DNA of 64,000 nucleotides from the human T2T-CHM13v2.0 reference genome, Homo sapiens. Shown in pieces: positions 56,701 through 64,000 of the stretch; the stretch's first letter is position 1; each line of letters opens with the position of its first letter. The translations under genes were made by a program, and so were the position numbers. Location of the stretch: the NCBI RefSeq assembly GCF_009914755.1, contig NC_060925.1. One strand, 5' to 3'. Under the pieces are notes generated by a model. That model was not told the DNA's origin, made no database searches, and saw nothing but the letters and a program-made list of their open reading frames with translations.

Positions 56701-57956
56701 CCCTATCCCGACTGCCTTCCTTGGCTTCTGTGATTCCTAGAAGAAGGTTAGTAGGATTCTAAAGGCCAGGCTTCACGGGAGCTGGAGAAGGCTAGCTTCT
56801 CTAAGTGAGGAATCTGCAGGTTGCTCGTCATGCTTGGCTTCTGCAGAGCTCAAAGGGTCCTGCGGGGAGAGCCCTGGACACTAAAGGCCGTGTGTCTGGA
56901 ACTTGGAGAATTCTAGGAATGCAGGTGACCTGATGAGGAGGCTGCATGTGCCCTGCAGCTCAGAGCAGCCTGGCTGCACAGCTGAGTTGGACAGCCCAGC
57001 AAGGGGTCATCCCATACCTTCTACATCCTTACAGGCACCCAGATCTCTGGCAGATGGGGAGGCCACAGGGAGAAAATGAGCATATGTAGTAACCTGCCCT
57101 GGAAACGCTTGCGCTTGCAGACACGCCAAGTGCTGTCATTCCCTCTGACTGCCAGGCTCACGAGCATCATGTCCTTTCCAGCAGAGCCCACCTGGGACTC
57201 TTAGTGACTTCATACCCTTTGTGTTCTCTTCCCCTGATGTGCTTTAGTGACCTGTGCTCACAGAGAGGAGGAGGAAGGGTGGCAGTGCCCCCTCTCCTGG
57301 GTCTCAGACTTTCCTGACTTTATGCATTTGATTTGGCTACCTGGGCTCGGATACTTTAAAAGAAAATAAAATTAGGTTTGAGGTGTAACCAGAGAGAGAA
57401 GGAATAGAGAGTAGTAGGGGGTGGGATGGGTGGTTGAAACATGTGGCTAACTCTGAGAACCCTCAGCTATGGAAGGAAGGTCTTGCCCCCATGATTCTTC
57501 GGCGTGCAGTGGGGGATTAGTTTGCCCAGAGCCCAGCTCTGATCATGTAGCTTCCCAGCTTAAGCCCTTCAGTGGGTCTCTCTGCCTGCAGAATACATGA
57601 GATATCCACATCTTTCCCAGATCTGGCCCTGATCTGTTTTTTTTTTTTTTTTTGGAACACATGCTTTTTTTTTCTCCCCAGCTTAAGTGGCTTATATATG
57701 TTGTTTCTTTAACAGAACTGTGCTTTCCACCCCCACACCTTAGCATCTATCCATCTGCATCTTCTCTGTACCATGCCTGTCCCCCGTCCTGTCTATATCT
57801 ACCTTTTCCACCCTGCACAGATGCTGCTTTTCCAGAGCCTTTCGCACCAAAAGTGGGTCTTCCCATCCTTCCCCATCAAACTTGCTGATACACTCTTACC
57901 TTTTATTTCTCTGTTTAAGTGCATTTCTCCATGTGCAAGGCATCTCTCTCTCTCTC

Positions 57957-58490
57957 TTTTTTTTTTTTAACAGGAAGGTAATTTATTAACGGAAAATATT
58001 TGAGGAGTCCTGTGCACAGTGACCATGGCAACCCCCCTTCCTGCGGGTGCTGTCAGAGGGGTTGGGAGTGACGTCCTCAATCTGTCCGATCTTCATACCT
58101 GAGCGGGCAAGGGCCCTGAGGGCCACCTGGGCCCCAGGTCCAGGGGTCTTGGTTCTACTTCCTCCTATGGCTCGGAGTTCGATGTGTAGGGCAGTGATAC
58201 CCAGCTCTGGGCCACATCCCGGGCAGCCAACATAGCAGCATGTGGTGAGGATTCATCTCACCTGCCTTCACCTTCATCCTACCAGTCACACGGCAGATGA
58301 TTTCTTTGCCAGAAAGATCAGTGACATGGACAAAAGTGTCATTGAAGGATGCAAAGATATGGCAGACACCAAATACATTCTCTCCTTCAGCCACCTGAGG
58401 TCTGAGGCTGATGACCTGTTCTTCCTTCTTTTCCTTCCCCTTTCAAGGTGCCATTTCTGCATGTTGTTTCCAGACTCCGCACAGGAACGC
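57957..58490 (-). pseudogene. RPS14P1: Processed pseudogene of ribosomal protein S14 (uS11), antisense in MAPKAPK2 intron 1
   Basis: Intronless. ATG at 58454 then MAP* (CGA>TGA), [32 protein letters not shown], later frameshifts and deletions, AATAAA and poly(A). TSD-like aaggca(t/c)ctc at about 57937 and 58491. The P1 number is from recollection. Confidence 0.93.
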
Positions 58491-58606
58491 AAGGCACCTC
58501 TTTAGATATCGGATTGGACTGTAAATCCCCTGAAAACCTACATCTTCATTATTTTTGTGTCCTCTTATTTTCATGTAGTGACCGTATGTCCTCATTAAAA
58601 AACTCA

Positions 58607-58897
58607 GGCCAGGCATGGTGGCTCACGCCTGTAATCTCAGTGCTTTGGAAGGACAAGTGGGAGGATCTTTTGAACTCAGGAGTTTGATATCAGCCTGGGC
58701 AACATAACAAGACCCCATCTCTACAAAAAATTAAAAAGGTTAGCCAGCTGTGGTGGCACATACCCATAGTTTCAGCTACTCAGGAGGCTGAGGTGGGAGG
58801 ATCACTTGAGCCCAGGAAGTCACGGTTACAGTGAGCTATGATCATGTCAGTGCACTCCAGCCTGGGTGACAGAGCGAGACCCCGTCTCTGAAAAAAG
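58607..58897 (+). mobile_element. AluJ
   Basis: Diverged dimer with aggatcacttgagcccagga. Confidence 0.88.
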
Positions 58898-59513
58898 AAT
58901 CCTAGAGTATTTTGGCACTGTGCATTATATGCATTATACTTAGCTGCTGAATAAAGGTGTGATAACTGAGTAATAGTGGATGCCACCGATATTAAATGTG
59001 ATGTACTAGAGGTAATCCTCAGAGTCAGGGACTGTGGCAGCCCTGGGAGTGGGATAGTACTGGGCTGTGCTCTCTGAGACTGAGCTGGGGTAGAGTGATG
59101 ATCTCTCACATTGTCTGTTCTCATTCTTCTGCTGCTGAAAAGCTGCTCTTAGTCTTCTGAGCATTTCTTCCCTCTACCCACTTGGATCTGCTGACTCAAG
59201 CAGGCACCTTCTATTTCTGCTTACAGAGTTCTCATTCTTACAAGGACCCTGACCACAGTTTCTCATTGATGCCTCTCCTCCTTCTCCCTGTTCCAAGGCC
59301 CCTCCTATTCCTGTTCAGTCATGGAGATGACCCTTTTGCCCTTTGGAGAACTTTAACTGAGGGAGGGACAGATGTGGAGCTTGCCAACTTTCCTACAGCT
59401 CCTGGCATTTTCTAGTTAGCTACAGACACGGCACAGACACACAGATGCAGTCCATTGTTTTCTATCTGCTGGTCCTGCTCCTGTGTGTTGCAAGAGGGAC
59501 GAGTGTTAAACAC

Positions 59514-59924
59514 TGTATTAGTCCATTTTGTGTTGCACTAAAGGAGTATCTGAGACTGGGTAATTTATAGAGAAAAGAGGTTTATTGCTCACAGTTCTGC
59601 AGGCTGTACAAGGATCATGGCACCAGCATCTGCTTCTGGTGAGGACCTCAGGAAGCTTTTGCTCATGGGGGAAGTTGAAGGGGGAGCAGGCATGTCACAT
59701 GTCGAGAAGAGGGAGCATGGGGGTGGGGGAGGCCCTCGACTCTTTTTAACAACCAGATCTTCTATGAACTCAGAGCGAGAACTCACTGCCACAAGGAGGG
59801 CACCAAGCCATTCATGAGGGATCTGCCCCCAAGACCCAAACATCTCCCACCGGGCCCCACCTCCAACACTGGGGATCATACTTCAACATGAGATTTGGAG
59901 GGGCCAAATATCCAAACTATATCA
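59514..59924 (-). mobile_element. MST (MaLR) solo LTR, MSTB-like
   Basis: TG...CA ends: tgtattagtccattttg ... atccaaactatatca; gagactgggtaatttata and catgagatttggagggg hallmarks. Confidence 0.88.
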
Positions 59925-62102
59925 AGTACCCAGTTGCTGGGACTGAGGTCAAAGGTTTGAACCTCATGGGGCTGCTTAACTCCATGCCACAACAGATTTA
60001 CACAAGAAAGAGAACCTGACACTAGACTGGAATCTGGGAGACCTGGCTACTAACTCTACCTGTGTGGCCCCAAGCAAGTCCTAGGACCTGTCTGGGCCTC
60101 ACTCAGTTTCCTCATTGTAAATCAACAGGACTAGACTTGACCTTGAAGGACTCCTGCACCGAAAGCCTTTCATCACTGTTGTTGCATCCGCACTGCTGGG
60201 AAAATAACCTGATGCTGGGAAACAAGTGGTCGGCCTGGGTCCCAGGGAGCCTCGGGGACTAAGAGCCATCATCTCTGTCCTCAGTTTCTGCAGGACAGTG
60301 TTACTTCACCTTTTTCCTGGCTGCAGTGTTTTTATTCATTCAGCCAATGTTTATAAATGTTTATTGTTCTCCATGCCTGCCTCCTGTCTTCCCTGCTGAC
60401 TGGCCATCAGGAGGCCCAGATGGCAGGATTAGCTTGGAATGGCAGAACAGTCAAGGGTCATCCTCTTGGGTTTAGACCCCTTTAATACCTCTGCTATATG
60501 AGATGAGAAGAATTTAGAACATTGATCCTTCCAGCAGCTTAGACTAGACCCCTGCCTTTCTAAGCAGGATTTGCCTGTGGGTACCTTCTATACCCTTGAG
60601 ATCCAAAGCAACTTACTACTCAACAAAATTAATTAGCAATGCCAAGAGTGACTTGTACAGCTCCCCTAAGGATAGCTCAAAACAGCAGATAGACTTTGAT
60701 ACAATATAACAAATTTCTATTATTCAGATCACTGTAGGAAACTTAGCAACTCTGTGAAGGTTTCCCAGATTAATAACAAGTCTTTATTGAGCAGATACTA
60801 TGTATCAGGCATTGTGTTAGGTGTTTTACTTACATTCTTGTTAATCCTTAAAATAACCCTTTTACTGCAAAGTGAAAGTCCCCATTTTACAGAAGAAACA
60901 TGTTCATGTACAGAATAATTCCTTAGCAATTATTTATTGAGCACCTACTAAGTGCTAAGCATTATCTTGGGCTCTGGATATACATCAGTATATAAAACAG
61001 ACAAAAAAGCTATTTGGGGGGTGGGAAGGGGGACCAGGTAGAGGAATAGCAAGTGCAAAGGCAAAAGCCTGAGGCTTATTAATAAGTGTGTCTAACTCTA
61101 AAACCTAGGCTCCCTCCAGCTCACAGTATTGCCTCTCTAATGGTCCTTTGTGACTCCATTATAATTGGGTACTTAGATGACCTAGCAATTTTAAGTTTAT
61201 CCAATATTTATGGGATACTTATTTTGTGCAAATTGCTACGATGAGATGAATAAGTTGTAGGCCCTGCCTTTGGAAACATACAGTTTAGAGGAACGAACAC
61301 CCGTGTGTATAAAAATGAATGAAAGAAGACTTCCTCTCAAAATCCAGATCTTACCATTTCTTGCATTTTTGTCATTTGACCCTTGTAGGCCAGATGGTGT
61401 GGTTCCTCGTTTTGTATCTGAAGGAAGAGTTTCAGGGAGTGGGTGGGGGTAAGTGTCTGGGCACCAGGGTGGCCAATAAAGGATGCAGAGACACATGATG
61501 GGCTCTTCAAGGTGGGAGGAAGTAGAGGGTGGGATCACTGCCTGGCATGGGCAGAGGATACTTCATGGACATATACCTGTGACACAGCCAGGGGAGGGTG
61601 CAGATGAAAATACGTCCAGTGGGATGGTTTCTAAGGAGAAGTGTGAGGGACTCCACTGGGGCTCCGTATTTTGTCTGGCTGAGGAGGGAGAGATGCTGCC
61701 TCTCCAGGAATCTGGTAATAGGCAATGCTTGAGATTGGTGTGAACCAACGCATCACATAGAGCCAGGAGAAGTCACGAAGGAGGCAAGAAAAAGAAATGG
61801 CTGGGCTAAAGCTGTGGCAGAGCCCTTTTTATCCTCCTTTGGGCCCTCATATGGCTTCTCTTTTGGTCTGAAGAATCTCATCCTTCTTGAGTTTAGCCTT
61901 CTAGGTGAAGGAGTGGGCAGACTGCATGCAGGGAGACAGGGAGGCCGTGTTTGTGTCCTTCAGCTCAGGAGCTGAGAGAACAGAGGTCAGGGCTTGGGAT
62001 GGAGCTGACCGTTAGTGCAGATGGGAAAGTGAAGCAATGGGTCGGGTCTGTTTGTTCCTGAGCATGTCCTGTGACAAAGGAAGTTGCAACATGTCTGTCT
62101 GT

Positions 62103-62207
62103 CTTTCTCTCTCTTTTTCTTTTCTCCTTTCTTTTCGTTTCTTTCTCTCTCTCTCTCTTCTTTTTTTCTCTTTCTTTCTTCTTCTTACTTTTTTTTTTTT
62201 TTTTTTT
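62103..62207. repeat. Polypyrimidine tract (CT/TTC/poly-T)
   Basis: About 105 nt, almost entirely C/T. Confidence 0.9.
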
Positions 62208-63387
62208 AAATAAAGAAAGAAGCAGGTAAAACCATCTTCCAGAAAATGCCAGAAAGAATATCTGGTCTGTGATGGGTGGTTCTTGCCCCTCCCGCTGCAA
62301 TGCTTTTCCTGTGTAGTTTTTCTTTTGTCCTTCCTTTCCCATCCACACTTTCCACTCTCCTTTCCTCTGAGAGGTTGTGTCTCTGCAGCAGGCCAGCTAT
62401 GTCTCCAAAGGGAAGTAGTCAGTGCTTGGACTGAGGGAACCTTGAGAGAGAATCCTCTCCTTTGTCCTCCAGGTGAGAGAGCTGTTGCATCCACTCACAC
62501 CTGGAAGGTTGCTGGTCTCCTCTCGCTGGACACTGAGAGCTGTTTAAATTTGACAGGTGGTTCCTGATTCCCACCTGGCATTTTTTGCTGCTGCACAGGT
62601 CTGTGTTGTGTCTTAGAAGGCTGAGGGAATACTTACTTCTCAACTCAGATAACCACCTTGTTGGTAGGTTCAGTGTGTGTCTGTGTCAAGGCAGATGCTG
62701 GGAAAAAAGGGCCCAGAATGTGAGTGGGAGGTAGAAATCAAGGCTAGAAGACCACACATGTTAATCTGGAGTACTTGGTCAGGTTTGATTTTGGCCTGTG
62801 TGCTATAGCTGGGCAAGAAGCCAGTTGTGTTTGGAAATGTACAGATGATCTATTTTCCTGATGAAACCTTTTGAGGTCTGGAATAAACATAGCTTGCTTT
62901 CTCTCTTTCCCTCTTTTGAGATTCAATTTCTCTCCCTTGGACTTCTATACCCTAGTAGAGCCAAAAGTTCCAGTACAAACCAGTTTTGAGACTCCAGCAT
63001 TAGTCAACTAAGGGATGTTGTAGGTCATCCCTGAGAACGAGGGCTGCTTGCTCTGGGGAAGCTGGGAAATGGCACCAGGTGTCAGGCCCTGCTGCCCAGG
63101 ATGGGATGACAGCTGCTGGTGTTAATTACGTTTCTGGGCAGAACAGGGTAAAGTCCTTGGGGGTGAGAGTTTTTGTTTAGGCACTGTGTTCCCTGTACCT
63201 GTTGCCTCTGGTACAGCTGCTGCAGAGCCCCTCCTTGCCTGCAGTCTTCTTTGAATTTAATCTCCCTGTGATCCAGTGCATCTCTTCAGACTGGAGGTGA
63301 GCCCAGAGGAGTGGTGGAGGGAGTGGGGCCAGAATTTACTTGTTTGCCTGGATCCCACTGAGAATACAGAAGCTCTCTTTCACGAGA

Positions 63388-63585
63388 AGCTGTGCTGGCC
63401 TCTGTGGTACCCACTGGCCATATGTGACTATTAAAATTGAAATTAAGTGTTAATAACATTTAAAATTCAGTTCCTCAGTAGTGCCAGCCACATTTTAAGT
63501 GCTCAGTGGTTAGCTAGTGGCCACGGTTTTATGTGGCACAGATAGAGAACATTTTATCATCACAGAATAGTCTCTTAGACAATGC
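63388..63585. mobile_element. MER3-like hAT-Charlie MITE
   Basis: aaaattcagttcctcagt, gccacattttaagtgctc, gctagtggc, gaacattttatcatcacagaa. Confidence 0.75.
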
Positions 63586-63736
63586 AAGATTCTGAGATAA
63601 TTTTTCTAATCCTGGTAGACACTTAGCTGGAAGGGGATTTGAGGAAGGGTACAGGGAGAGGTTTTGAAGCCCAGGTGAGAGGGCAAGTAGAAGGTATTCA
63701 TTTAGAAAAGGATCTTAAAAAGTATTTAGTTTGTAG

Positions 63737-64000
63737 GGCCAGGTGCAGTGGCTCATACCTATAATCCCAGCAGTTCATGAGGCTGAGGCAGGCAAATTGC
63801 TTGAGCCCAGGAGTTCGAGACCAGCCTGAGCAACATGGGGAAACACTGTCTCTACAAAAAATACAAAAATTAGCCTGGCGTGGTGGCGTACACACATGGT
63901 TCGATCTACTCAGGAGGCTGAGGTGGGAGGATCACTTGAGCCTGGGAGGCCAAGGCTGCAGAGAGCCGTTATTGCACTGCACTCCAACCTGGGCAACAGA
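63737..64000 (+). mobile_element. AluJ (runs off window end)
   Basis: Dimer with J features. Confidence 0.88.

Noticed and set aside
61965-62494. K/R/E-rich minus-strand ORFs
   Set aside because: Translation of the polypyrimidine/poly-T tract.

Overview
Primate (almost certainly human, 1q32.1) genomic DNA. It holds the last intron and single large terminal coding exon of DYRK3 (+, 9558-11135) and its 3' UTR. About 30 kb of repeat-rich intergenic DNA follows, then the CpG-island promoter and exon 1 of MAPKAPK2 (+, CDS 47410-47688) and about 16 kb of its intron 1, which contains an antisense RPS14 processed pseudogene. Repeats include roughly 30 Alu copies or fragments, two 5'-truncated L1s with TSDs, MaLR LTRs, hAT MITEs, MIR/L2 relics and microsatellites. 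The most unusual unexplained signal is about 7 kb of mostly unique sequence (13.1-20.3 kb). On the minus strand it reads as a chain of decayed exons with good splice signals, a candidate lost (unitary) gene. Its fragments weakly but collinearly resemble the ZP-N protein C1orf127/CIROZ. That identity is a hypothesis from recalled sequence, not a computed result. Other points of interest are in-frame non-AUG starts upstream of the MK2 ATG, a tail-to-tail inverted Alu pair 12 bp apart, a perfect 15-bp hairpin in the DYRK3 distal 3' UTR, and an RFX X-box apparently created by CpG decay in the RPS14 retrocopy. Repeat boundaries and subfamilies were called by eye and are approximate.
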